Part shown: positions 9,516 through 18,752 of the stretch, piece by piece
How positions within the stretch are numbered: the stretch's first letter is position 1
How the letters are laid out: each line of letters starts with the position of its first letter
Assembly: GCA_965261345.1 (NCBI GenBank)
Contig: OZ253449.1
Span: 1,536,001 to 1,600,000 of the forward strand
Direction: 5' to 3'
Source: Chloroflexota bacterium
GTDB lineage: Bacteria > Chloroflexota > UBA11872 > VXNJ01
DNA: 64,000 bases
Notes under the pieces: generated by a model
Told to the model about the DNA's origin: nothing
What the model saw: the letters and a program-made list of their open reading frames with translations, nothing else
Database searches by the model: none
Position numbers and translations under genes: made by a program

Positions 9516-11524
9516 CCCTGGACCGGCCAATTGCGCCGGATAATGACCGGCTGCCAATTAGTTATTTCCGGGCGTTGCCCGAACGGGCATGGGTCCTGCC
9601 GCTGCGTAGCGATAACGACCACGACCCCCAGGCTGGTTTGCACGCTGGTCTCAACTTCCTTACCGGGTCCGAATCAGTCGAGATCCGCTACCTGCTAAGT
9701 CCGGCCCCGAAAGGCGCAGCCGAATCGATTCGGCGTGCCGCCCAGCGCTATCGGCTGGGGATCCGGCCGGGCCGGTTCGGGTTGGCCGGACAGCTGGTTG
9801 CCGGAGCCGGCTGGCTGGTTCGGGGGCTGGCCGCACTTACCGCCACCGTTCCGCCGGCCCGCCCCCAGCCGCCTGACGAGCTCTTCTTGCAGATGACTGC
9901 GCGCGCCGACCAACCGCTGTTGACCTGTGCCATCCTGGTTCAAATCCGTGCCGGAGAGCGGCGAACCATCCTGATTGCGCGGGCCCTGTCCCAGGCCTTG
10001 GCCCAGCACGCCTCGCCCTGGAACCGACTCCGCTTAAAGCAGGTCAGATCGAAGCGGGCCGCCTATGAATTTGCCGGCTGGCAGATCCCGCGCCGCGACT
10101 GCTTTGCCCTAAGCGCGAGCGAGGCGGCCGCGCTCTGTGAACTTCCCGGGTCCGAGGCACGGGATCCCAACCTGAAGCGCGCCGCGGCCGCCCAGGTGCG
10201 AGCGGCAGCGATGGTGCCACGCGGCCAGGGCCTTTTCTTGGGCTGGGCCGAGGCCGGAGAGGACCGGCTGGATCAGCGTTACGGATTGGATATCGACGAT
10301 GCCCTAAAGCACGTCCTGACGGTCGGCCCGACCGGGACCGGCAAGAGTACCTTTCAGTACTGGTATGCCATATCGGCGATTGAATCCGGGCTGGGAATGC
10401 TGCTGCTCGATCCGAAGGGCGATCTGGCCCGGGCGGTCCTGGACGGCGTCCCCGAGGCGCGGGCCAAGGATGTGGCCTTTTTGGACTTTGCCGATACCGA
10501 CCGACCGATCGGACTCAATCCGCTGGCGGTGAGCGATCCGGCCGAGGCCGACCAGACCGCGGCTGCGGTTTCGACGATGATGCGTGAGCTGATCACCGGC
10601 GAGGGCATGCAGTGGGGGACCACGATGTCGCAGGCATTCTCCTACGGGTTTCGGACCCTGGCGGCGAATCCGCAGATCGAACCGACGATGCTGGACTTGG
10701 AACGCCTCTTTAGCGACCGGCAATGGCGCGCCGAGCTCGTCGCCAACGTCGACGATCCGTTCGTTGCCGCCTACTGGGCCAACCAGATCGACCGCCTCGG
10801 CGAGCGGCAGTTCGAGCTCAATTTCGGATCGGCGCTGCGGCGGATGGCGATCCTGGTAAACGACCCGCGGATTCGCAATATCCTGGCCCAGCCGCGGCCG
10901 GCGGTGCGCTGGGACCGCGCGCTGGCGCGGTCAGGGATCGTGCTGGTGAATCTGGACCAGGCCGATAACGCCCTCGGGATCGCCGGCTCGCGGCTGCTGG
11001 GCAGCATCATCGTTACCCAGTTTTGGCAAGCGGTGCTGCGCCGCCCGCGCCCGAACCGGGCTGCCTTTATCTGTCTCATCGACGAATTCCAGGAGTTCCT
11101 CGACACCGGCCGCAACATGGGCGCGTTCTTCGAGCGGGCCCGCAGCTATCGGGTGGGGATGTGCATCGCCACCCAGACCCTGGCGCAGCCGCGGCTGCGC
11201 CCGATCCGGCGCACGGTGAGCGTGAACGCCCGCACGCAGGTCATTTTTGGTGGGCTGCGCGACGAGGCCCGGCACTTTGCACTGGCCACCGAACCGTACT
11301 TTTCGGCCCGCGACCTCGATCGCCGCGATGCCTTCCAGATGACGGTCAGCACCCTGGTCAAGAATCAACCGGCGCCGCCGTTTTCGGCCCATGTGGCCGC
11401 CTTACCCGAGCCCGACTGGGACCGCCTGGAAGAGCGCCGCCAGCGCGCCCGCGCCCTATTTGGGGCCGACCGGGCAGCGCTCGCTGAAAGGGTTCGGGAG
11501 CGCTACGGGCCACGCGCCCAGTAG
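9512..11524 (+). CDS. VirD4/TraG-like coupling ATPase
   Basis: HVLTVGPTGTGKS, LDPKGD, FLDFAD...GLNPL, LIDEFQEF, ARSY, ATQ; start is CTG 9512 or TTG 9575. Confidence 0.85.
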   Translation: MTLDRPIAPDNDRLPISYFRALPERAWVLPLRSDNDHDPQAGLHAGLNFLTGSESVEIRYLLSPAPKGAAESIRRAAQRYRLGIRPGRFGLAGQLVAGAGWLVRGLAALTATVPPARPQPPDELFLQMTARADQPLLTCAILVQIRAGERRTILIARALSQALAQHASPWNRLRLKQVRSKRAAYEFAGWQIPRRDCFALSASEAAALCELPGSEARDPNLKRAAAAQVRAAAMVPRGQGLFLGWAEAGEDRLDQRYGLDIDDALKHVLTVGPTGTGKSTFQYWYAISAIESGLGMLLLDPKGDLARAVLDGVPEARAKDVAFLDFADTDRPIGLNPLAVSDPAEADQTAAAVSTMMRELITGEGMQWGTTMSQAFSYGFRTLAANPQIEPTMLDLERLFSDRQWRAELVANVDDPFVAAYWANQIDRLGERQFELNFGSALRRMAILVNDPRIRNILAQPRPAVRWDRALARSGIVLVNLDQADNALGIAGSRLLGSIIVTQFWQAVLRRPRPNRAAFICLIDEFQEFLDTGRNMGAFFERARSYRVGMCIATQTLAQPRLRPIRRTVSVNARTQVIFGGLRDEARHFALATEPYFSARDLDRRDAFQMTVSTLVKNQPAPPFSAHVAALPEPDWDRLEERRQRARALFGADRAALAERVRERYGPRAQ

Positions 11525-11645
11525 TGGCCGGTCAGGGACTGCAAATTTCCGTCTAGCCGGATGCCCCGGCCCGGCAACAGGATTTGGCAGCGGGGAACTT
11601 CTCGCCCGCAAATGATCCTCCAACGTCAAAGCTGCAAGGTCTGAT

Positions 11646-12041
11646 TTGATATCCAACTTTCCGCCTGAAACTCCAACCCCGCTGGTAGTCCTCGGCCTGG
11701 CCGGGGCGGCCCTGCTGGCGCTGGGCCTGCGGCGCCAGCATCCTCTGGTCGAACCCCGATCGGAACCGCGCGAATTTGTAATCCTGCCGCCGCCCGACAA
11801 CCGCCGGCCGGCCGGCCAGATGCTGGCCGAAATCGCCAACACTCCGGAACTGGGGCGCCGTTCGCTGCCGGGCTTGGCGGCCAAGCCGCAGGTAGCCGCG
11901 CTGGGCCGGTCGCTTCAGATCAACCGCCGGGAAATTTCCTACCGCGATTTTTGTTGTGGTGGATTGGCGATCGGCCACGCGGCCCGCCTGGAGCGTTTTT
12001 ATCCCGGCATCCGGGTGCTGCCGCAGGAGGCAATTTCATGA
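11646..12041 (+). CDS. Hypothetical membrane-anchored protein
   Basis: N-terminal TM; fills the operon gap and its stop overlaps the Flp ATG (ATGA). Confidence 0.5.
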   Translation: MISNFPPETPTPLVVLGLAGAALLALGLRRQHPLVEPRSEPREFVILPPPDNRRPAGQMLAEIANTPELGRRSLPGLAAKPQVAALGRSLQINRREISYRDFCCGGLAIGHAARLERFYPGIRVLPQEAIS

Positions 12042-12235
12042 TCGGCCCAATGTTGCAGCGCCTGCGTTCCGCGCTCGGCCGGTTCATCTCGGCCGGCGAC
12101 GGTTCGGCCACCGAGTACATCATCATCGCCGGCCTGGCGGTGATCATCCTAGGGGCCGCAGTCAGCGCCTGGAACGAGGGCCTGCAGACCTACCTTGAAG
12201 AACTGCTTACCGACTTACAAGCGCTGGGCGCCTAA
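12038..12235 (+). CDS. Flp-type (type IVc) pilin
   Basis: AGGAGG RBS, 65 aa, basic leader, DGSATEY followed by a hydrophobic helix. Confidence 0.75.
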   Translation: MIGPMLQRLRSALGRFISAGDGSATEYIIIAGLAVIILGAAVSAWNEGLQTYLEELLTDLQALGA

Positions 12236-12661
12236 TTGCCGATCGGTCAATCGGGCGCCGCCCTGCGGCTGGCCGGCCGGAATGGATCGGCCGCCACCGA
12301 GGCGATCCTGGCGCTTATGGTGCTGGTACCGCTGTTTGCGGCAATGATTTCGCTGGGCGACCTCTGGGCCGACCAGCTGGCGCTAGATCACGCCGCCGCC
12401 GCTGCGGTCCGGCGTGCGGCCGTCCAGGGCGGCGATTCGCCCGAACTGCGATCGCAGATTGCCGCCGATCTGCTGGCTGCCGGCCTCCCGGCCGCGGCGG
12501 TATCGGCCACCGTCATGCCGGCCAGACCCTCCTGGCAGGAGCCGATTACGGTTTCGCTGGAATTGCCACGGCGACTTCAGCTTCCGCTGCTGGGCGGCTG
12601 GGACCTGGTGCTCCAGAGCCGTTTCAGCGGCCTAAATGAAGTGGGACCCGGCCCGATTTGA
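12236..12661 (+). CDS. TadE-like pseudopilin
   Basis: RNG/SAATE prepilin motif with E+5, hydrophobic helix, LDHAAAAAVRRAAV. Confidence 0.8.
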   Translation: MPIGQSGAALRLAGRNGSAATEAILALMVLVPLFAAMISLGDLWADQLALDHAAAAAVRRAAVQGGDSPELRSQIAADLLAAGLPAAAVSATVMPARPSWQEPITVSLELPRRLQLPLLGGWDLVLQSRFSGLNEVGPGPI

Positions 12662-13131
12662 CCGTCCCGAAACTCTCCGGCGAGCGGGGGTCGGTGGGAG
12701 TTCAGGCGCTGCTGCTGCTCGGCCTCTTCCTGCTGATTTTTGCGCTGGTGGTCGAAATTGGCGCCCTGCGTACCAGACAGCTCCGCCTGCAGGCGGTCTT
12801 CGACCGGGCGGCCCTGGCCGGTGTCGGGGCGATCGATGGTGCCGAGCTGGCGGCCGCCGGCCGACTGGTCCTTGACCGGAGCGCAGCCGAGGCGCGAACG
12901 CGCCGCTATCTGGAGCTGAACCTGGCCCCGCTGGAGGGCCAGCTGGTGGGTCAGAACGCTGCCCAGGCCGCCCGGTCGGCCCTGGTCGGAGTCGTTATCA
13001 GCGGGCCCGACCAGGGCACGGTGACCCTCTCCGGGCGGCTCAACCTGGCGGTTGGCTACCTGGGGTTGGCGGGGATCGAATCCCCGAAAAGTTTCCAATT
13101 TCGGGCAACCGCCCGGCTGAAAGGACATTGA
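12658..13131 (+). CDS. TadG/Tad-domain pseudopilin
   Basis: GERG/S leader, TM, LVVEIG...LQAVFDRAALAG motif. Confidence 0.75.
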   Translation: MTVPKLSGERGSVGVQALLLLGLFLLIFALVVEIGALRTRQLRLQAVFDRAALAGVGAIDGAELAAAGRLVLDRSAAEARTRRYLELNLAPLEGQLVGQNAAQAARSALVGVVISGPDQGTVTLSGRLNLAVGYLGLAGIESPKSFQFRATARLKGH

Positions 13132-13548
13132 TTGGCAATGCAGAGGATTTCGTGGCCGCTTATGGCTCTGGCAGTGGTGTTGTTGGCCGGTGGCCTGCTC
13201 ATCGGATTGCGCCTCAGCGGGAGCGGCTGGCCGGTCGAACCGACCCCGGCGTCGCAACCGGACGGGCCGCCCCAGGCGCTGGCGGCGGTCGCGATCGAAA
13301 TCGGCTCGGAGGCGGGTTCCGGTCGGTTGCAACTTGCAGTCGGCGAGGAATCGCGGTTGTGGGTTGAGACCGAATTGGAAGACGGCAGCCAGCGCCGCGA
13401 CGCACCGGTTGTTTGGTCCAGTTCCAACCCGCAGGTTGCCGCCGTCGGTCCGGATGGAACGTTGCTGGCGCACTCGCGTGGGCAGGTCACGGTGCGGGCC
13501 GACCTGAGCCCGCTTTCGGCCGAGATCGAGGTCACGGTTGATGGTTAG
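13132..13548 (+). CDS. Membrane-anchored Ig-like (Big_2) protein
   Basis: N-terminal TM; VVWSSSNPQVAAVGPDGTL.A...GQVTVRA. Confidence 0.75.
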   Translation: MAMQRISWPLMALAVVLLAGGLLIGLRLSGSGWPVEPTPASQPDGPPQALAAVAIEIGSEAGSGRLQLAVGEESRLWVETELEDGSQRRDAPVVWSSSNPQVAAVGPDGTLLAHSRGQVTVRADLSPLSAEIEVTVDG

Positions 13549-15193
13549 GCGGCCGCCGTGGTCGGCGGCTGCGGCAATCCTCGGCCGGCTGCTGCTGCTC
13601 GCGCTGCTGCTCGCCCTGCCCTTGGGCGCTCCGGCAAGGGCCGATCACGGGCAGTGGGAGGAGCGCCCGGTATGGATCGAACCGGTCACCGAAACCCGGA
13701 CGCGGACGGTTCCGGGTCACTGGGATGAGCAGCAGCGATGGATCCCCGGCTACACAATCCGCCGGGTAGTTACCGAAACCCGGCCGGTTGAAATTGAATA
13801 TCAGGCGTTCGTGCCGCAGGGCCATTGGGAGACGGTTCGGGTCTGGCTGGTGGCCTATGAGCAGCGCTGCACGCAGGTGTGGCAGTGGTACCAGCAGTGC
13901 TCGAATTTCTGGACCAACTGCCAGCTTGTCTACGGCCCGCAGGAACAATGCGAACGGGTTGACGTCTCGCATTGGGAGGAGTCCCAGGAATGGGTGAACA
14001 CCTCCTACTGGGAGACCCGCACGCGGATCGAGATGCGGGAGTTTGAGACCACGATCGAGGAAGAGTTCCCCGGATACTGGGAGTCCTACCAGGTCTGGGT
14101 CCCTTCGCGGACCGAAACCTACCAGCACACCCTGGCCGCGGGCCACTGGGAAACCGAGCTGGTCTGGGTGCTGCTCGAACATGATGCCGACCCGGAGCCG
14201 GTCGGCGAACCCGGGCCGGAGGGATCGGGCTGCGTACCGCCTGGCATCTACAAGGTCGTAGACAACTACGTCGGAACCCACCAGTGGACCGATTCAAACG
14301 GAGTGGTCCATTACGAGACGACCACCTCGGGCGGGGACAACCCGTGGTGGGCGGTCCGGCTGGGGTCGATCTCTAAGGGAGTTGGCTCGCGCTACGATTC
14401 CCAGGCATTCAATGGCCGCGGCATCGGCGCCGACGGCAAACTGCTTGCCGGGCGTTTCTATCGCAATTACCTCCCCGACGGGCAGTGCTACCGGGCGGTG
14501 AGCGTGGTGTTCTTCCAGGACGACACGGTAAGGACTGGCGATCTCGACCACCAGACCCAGACCGGGAACCCGGGCGAGCCGACCGAAACGCCGACCGAAA
14601 CCCCGGGCGAGCAACCGGTGCCACCGACTGAGAACCAGCCAACTGAGAACCCCATCGACCAGGTTCCCGGGGGTGATCAGGGACCGGCTGTGACCCCAAC
14701 TCCAACCGGTCCAGGGTCAGACCCCGACCAGGCCGGCGAACCCTCCACCCCGACCATGGAAGGTCCAGGATCGGTCGATCCCCCGCTGGCTCCGGTTGGT
14801 GGATTTGACTTTGCGGTGGTGCTCGAGGGCACCACCCATCGGCCGGGACCGGGCCGGCCGGCGATCGAGCTCCTGCGCGGGGCCCCGGTTGCGGTCTACC
14901 TGGTACCGCGCCTGCAGACCCCGGCCGACGCTCCCGGCGCCGGGGTGAGCTTTACCGGCTGGCAATTCGTCGCCGGGCCCAATGACCATCCCCAGGGTCC
15001 GCGCGCCGGCGAGCGCTTTTCGCCGCTGCAACCGCTGCGACTTCGGATCGACGACCTCCCGCCGGACTCCCAGCAGGCCATCCAAATCAGCTTGCAGGTC
15101 ACAGTGCGGGTGAGCGGGTCCGGCGGGGAGATGGAAGATTTCGACCTCCCGGTGGTCCTGACCGCCACCATCTTCTACCAGGCGATAACTTGA
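13538..15193 (+). CDS. Secreted Trp-repeat protein, candidate adhesin
   Basis: Signal peptide (ARA), repeated G/S-H/Y-W-E..W units, Cys cluster, Pro/Thr/Glu linker, beta-rich C-terminus. Confidence 0.7.
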   Translation: MMVRRPPWSAAAAILGRLLLLALLLALPLGAPARADHGQWEERPVWIEPVTETRTRTVPGHWDEQQRWIPGYTIRRVVTETRPVEIEYQAFVPQGHWETVRVWLVAYEQRCTQVWQWYQQCSNFWTNCQLVYGPQEQCERVDVSHWEESQEWVNTSYWETRTRIEMREFETTIEEEFPGYWESYQVWVPSRTETYQHTLAAGHWETELVWVLLEHDADPEPVGEPGPEGSGCVPPGIYKVVDNYVGTHQWTDSNGVVHYETTTSGGDNPWWAVRLGSISKGVGSRYDSQAFNGRGIGADGKLLAGRFYRNYLPDGQCYRAVSVVFFQDDTVRTGDLDHQTQTGNPGEPTETPTETPGEQPVPPTENQPTENPIDQVPGGDQGPAVTPTPTGPGSDPDQAGEPSTPTMEGPGSVDPPLAPVGGFDFAVVLEGTTHRPGPGRPAIELLRGAPVAVYLVPRLQTPADAPGAGVSFTGWQFVAGPNDHPQGPRAGERFSPLQPLRLRIDDLPPDSQQAIQISLQVTVRVSGSGGEMEDFDLPVVLTATIFYQAIT

Positions 15194-15828
15194 GTAGGCT
15201 GCTGTCGCTGCAGGCCGGGATGCTACTGCTTGCGCTGCTTTTGGGCCTGGCGGCGGCGTTGATTTGGATTAGCGACGGGCGAACCGGCCCGGCGATCGTT
15301 GCCGATGTTGATGTTGCCGCCGGCGCCCGGATCCTCCCTGACGATCTGCGCTTGGTTACCGTACCGCGGGCGGCCCTGCCCCCGGGTGCGATCGCCGATA
15401 AGGCCCAGGCGGTCGGAATGTATGCGCGCGGTCCACTGCCGGAGGGTCAATACCTGCTGCCCGGTAACCTAGCGAGCGATCCGGCCGGCGCTCTGGCCGA
15501 GTCAGCGGTTCAGATTCCCGCTGACTGGGCGCTGGTGGGTGTGGCAATGTCCTACCAAAATGCCTTGGGCGGGGCGCTAACGCCGGGGCAAAGCGTAGAC
15601 CTCTATGCGATCGGCAAGCGCGCCGGATCGACTCCGGTTCTGATCGTTCCCGGCGCGAGGCTTATCGACCTGCGCAATGGTTATGGAGCAAGCGCCGGCC
15701 CCGGTGGTGACGGCGACCGCGCCGACATTATGGAATCGGTGCTGCTGGCCCTTCCGCGGCAGCTGGTGGAAGCGGTCGTGGCCAGGGTTTCTGATTCGAT
15801 CTTCGTGCTGGCGCTAAGGCTCGAGTGA
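15190..15828 (+). CDS. CpaB/RcpC-like SAF-domain pilus assembly protein
   Basis: TM, VADVDVAAG..I..DDL SAF domain, G.L.PG..VDL motif. Confidence 0.8.
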   Translation: MSRLLSLQAGMLLLALLLGLAAALIWISDGRTGPAIVADVDVAAGARILPDDLRLVTVPRAALPPGAIADKAQAVGMYARGPLPEGQYLLPGNLASDPAGALAESAVQIPADWALVGVAMSYQNALGGALTPGQSVDLYAIGKRAGSTPVLIVPGARLIDLRNGYGASAGPGGDGDRADIMESVLLALPRQLVEAVVARVSDSIFVLALRLE

Positions 15829-17096
15829 TGTTGGCCGAGGTCGCCCCCGACCGCCCCGCCGATTCCGGCGAGCTGGATCTGCAGCTGGATTTCCTGCGCG
15901 AGCAGCTGCTGGGCCAGGTTGGTCCGGCCCAGCTGGATCCGTTCCGCCAGGCTGAGGGGCAGCGCGAGCAGTTGCGCGACCTGGTTGGCACGCTGCTGGC
16001 CCAGCTGGATCCGGCCGCCCCGGCCGGCCCCGACCGGGTTGAGGAACTGCTCTCGGAGCTTGTCGGCCTGGGCCCGTTGGACCCGCTGCTTAGCGATCCG
16101 GCGATAACCGACATCCTGGTCAACTCGCCCGATGAGGTCTGGGTGGAGCGTCGGGGGCGCCTTGAGCGGACCGGAATCTCTTTCCGCAGCCTGGACCAGC
16201 TGACCGCGTTGATGGAGAAGATCGCCTCCCTGGTCGGCCGCTCGCTGAGCCTGCAGACCCCCTGCGTCGACGCCCGAATGGCCGATGGCTCGCGCGCCAA
16301 CCTGGTAATTGCCCCGGTCGGAGGTCCGTGCCTGTCGATCCGGCGACACCGCCAGGAGCTGCGCCCGCTGGCCGGATCGGCCTCGTCCTGGACCGCTGGC
16401 GGGGGCATGAGCGAGGTGATGGCCGGGTTATTTGAGCGGGCCGTGACCGCCCGCTGCAATTTCCTGATCGCCGGATCGACCGGAGCTGGCAAATCGACCC
16501 TACTGGCGTCACTGCTAGCGCATGTGCCGCCCGGCCAACGGCTGGTGGTAATTGAGGACACCCAGGAACTCCCCCTCCCGGGCGGCGGCCACACGGTGCG
16601 CTTGCAGTGCGTGCACGACCAACGGCTGGCCAGCTCCGGCCAGCGCCGGGTGGGACTGGCCGATCTGGTGGTCAACGCTCTGCGGATGCGGCCGGATCGC
16701 CTGGTGGTGGGTGAGATCCGCACTCCGCGCGAGGCCTACGTGACGATCGAGGCGCTAAACACCGGTCACCCGGGATCGGGCTCGACCATTCATGCCGACT
16801 CGGCGATCGATGCCCTGGGCCGACTGGAGATGCTAATCCGGCGCGAGCACGGTGGATTTTCTGCGGTCGACGTGCGCGAACCGATCGCCCGCGCGTTCGA
16901 TTACGTCGTCCAGGTCGCCCGCCTGGATTCGGGCCGCCGGGTGGTGCGCGAGGTGGTCGAGGTTGCCGGGCTGGACGGGGACAACTACGACCTGCGTCCG
17001 GTAATCAACTTCAACCCGACCGGCGGATTCGTGGCCGATCCCAACTACAAGATGGGGCCGCGGGCGCTGGGCCGCTTCGCCGCCATCCGGACCTAG
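15825..17096 (+). CDS. tadA: CpaF/TadA pilus ATPase
   Basis: GLGPLDPLL.DP.ITDILVN, VDARMADGSR, GSTGAGKS, IEDTQEL, LRMRPDRLVVGEIR, NTGHPGS.STIHA. Confidence 0.93.
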   Translation: MMLAEVAPDRPADSGELDLQLDFLREQLLGQVGPAQLDPFRQAEGQREQLRDLVGTLLAQLDPAAPAGPDRVEELLSELVGLGPLDPLLSDPAITDILVNSPDEVWVERRGRLERTGISFRSLDQLTALMEKIASLVGRSLSLQTPCVDARMADGSRANLVIAPVGGPCLSIRRHRQELRPLAGSASSWTAGGGMSEVMAGLFERAVTARCNFLIAGSTGAGKSTLLASLLAHVPPGQRLVVIEDTQELPLPGGGHTVRLQCVHDQRLASSGQRRVGLADLVVNALRMRPDRLVVGEIRTPREAYVTIEALNTGHPGSGSTIHADSAIDALGRLEMLIRREHGGFSAVDVREPIARAFDYVVQVARLDSGRRVVREVVEVAGLDGDNYDLRPVINFNPTGGFVADPNYKMGPRALGRFAAIRT

Positions 17097-17121
17097 TCCC
17101 GGCCCCGCCCTCAAGTCCTCG

Positions 17122-17967
17122 ATGGCATCCCTGCTACTTTTCCTGGCGATCGTCGTCAATCTCCTGGCGTTAAGCGGGATCGCCTCGCGCCTGGTCGCCA
17201 GGCTGGTCCGACTGGCGCCGGCGCGGGCGCTGGACCGGTTAATTCGGGCGAGCCGCCTGCCGGTGGGTCTGCCGGTGATCCTGGGGCCGACCGTGCTGGC
17301 GATGGGGGCAACCGCTCGCTGGTTATGGGAGTATTCGATCCTGCTGGCGATCGTTTTGGCGCTGGCGCTGGGGATAGCCCCGTTCGTTGCCCTCTGGCTT
17401 CGGGCCGCGGCCCTGGCAGTGCCGCTCGAGCTGGAGGTCATTGCCGTCACGCGGCAGCTGGCCGCGCACCTGCGGGCGGGCGAGAACCTGTACCGATCGA
17501 TCGTCGCGGTGGCGGGCGCCCAGGCCCGGGAGACCCGCACCAGCCTGTTGCGGGCGTCCAACGAATTCCGACTCGATCGCCCGCTGGCAACCGCCCTGGC
17601 CCATCAGGCCGAACTGGCCGAATCGGCGCCGCTGGCGCTCCTGCTCGGGGTGCTGGCCCAGGTTGCCGATCACGGAAGTACCGGGGAATCGGCCGCCGCG
17701 GTGCTAGATCTCTTGGCCCAGCAGCTAGAGCAGGAGCAGCGGTCGCGCGCCGATTTGAAGGAACAGACCCGCGGGGTGGCGATCCAACTGTACGTAGTTG
17801 CGGGCGCCATCCCGCTTATGGCGTTCTGGCTCTGGCAGACGTCGCCGCACGGCTACTCAGTATTCGAACTCCCGCTCGGAAAGGCCCTGCTGCTCCCGCT
17901 CGGGGTGGCGGTCGAACTCCTGGGGCTGCTGCTTTTCTGGTACTGGACGCGGACCGGTCAAACGTGA
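17122..17967 (+). CDS. TadB-like (T2SSF) membrane protein
   Basis: LAAHLRAGENL, EFRL..PL..AL, TM pattern; follows TadA. Confidence 0.75.
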   Translation: MASLLLFLAIVVNLLALSGIASRLVARLVRLAPARALDRLIRASRLPVGLPVILGPTVLAMGATARWLWEYSILLAIVLALALGIAPFVALWLRAAALAVPLELEVIAVTRQLAAHLRAGENLYRSIVAVAGAQARETRTSLLRASNEFRLDRPLATALAHQAELAESAPLALLLGVLAQVADHGSTGESAAAVLDLLAQQLEQEQRSRADLKEQTRGVAIQLYVVAGAIPLMAFWLWQTSPHGYSVFELPLGKALLLPLGVAVELLGLLLFWYWTRTGQT

Positions 17968-18752
17968 GTGGGCCGGCGCTGGCGATCGGGATTCTGGCAC
18001 TGGCGGCGGCGGCCCTGCTTATCGCGGCACTTGGCGATCGCATCAGCGGTCACTGGCCATTCCGGGGAGCGCCTGCGGCCGGCGGGCCGCCCCGCCAACC
18101 GGGATCGGGGCCGGCGGCGGTTTCACGCCGGCTGCGCTTGACCCAGTTGGGGATTGCCGCCGGCGGCCTGGCCACGGGCCTGCTGCTTAGGCCCACGGCG
18201 CCGCTGCCGGGGATCCTGCTGGCGCTGGCGGCGCCGGCCATCGCACTGCTGCTGCCCAGGATCAAACGTCAGCGGGCGGCCGAAGCCAGGCGGGCCCGCC
18301 TGATGTCCCAAATTCCGCTGCTGATTGCCCAACTGCGCGCCCAGGTGGCGATGGGTAACGGCCTGGTGCGATCGCTGCGCACGATCGCTAACTCCCCGCT
18401 GTCGAGTCCCGAGCTCGCCCATCAATTGCGGTCGGTGCTGGCCGCCCACGGCCTGGGCCGCCCGATGGATGTGGCCCTGCTCGAATTCGGCAAGGATCTG
18501 GGATCGGTGGAGATCGAAATCCTGGCGCGCGCGGTCGCCCAGGCGCGGCGGCTGGGTAGCGGTTTGGATGAGACCCTGGCGCGATCCGAATTCGAGCTAT
18601 CGGCAGTTCGCCGCCGCCGGGTCGCGGCCGCCGCCGCGCGGGCCCAGGTGCGCGCCCAGCTCCTGATCGTTAGCTGCTATCTGCCCGCGTTCCTAGCGCT
18701 GGTGCTGGCGCCGTTGTTCATCAGTGTGTTGGGTGGCCTGGGGAGTCGATGA
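17964..18752 (+). CDS. TadC-like (T2SSF) membrane protein
   Basis: GTG overlapping the TadB stop; IPLLI..L...V.MG.GL, LG.P...AL, C-terminal LPA TM. Confidence 0.78.
   Translation: MSGPALAIGILALAAAALLIAALGDRISGHWPFRGAPAAGGPPRQPGSGPAAVSRRLRLTQLGIAAGGLATGLLLRPTAPLPGILLALAAPAIALLLPRIKRQRAAEARRARLMSQIPLLIAQLRAQVAMGNGLVRSLRTIANSPLSSPELAHQLRSVLAAHGLGRPMDVALLEFGKDLGSVEIEILARAVAQARRLGSGLDETLARSEFELSAVRRRRVAAAAARAQVRAQLLIVSCYLPAFLALVLAPLFISVLGGLGSR

Noticed and set aside
17325-17963. Long 5' ORF extensions (TadC from 17325, VirB4 from 5637, E1 from 61084) and many antisense ORFs
   Set aside because: They overlap well-supported genes and have Arg/Pro/Gly-rich shadow composition typical of high-GC DNA.
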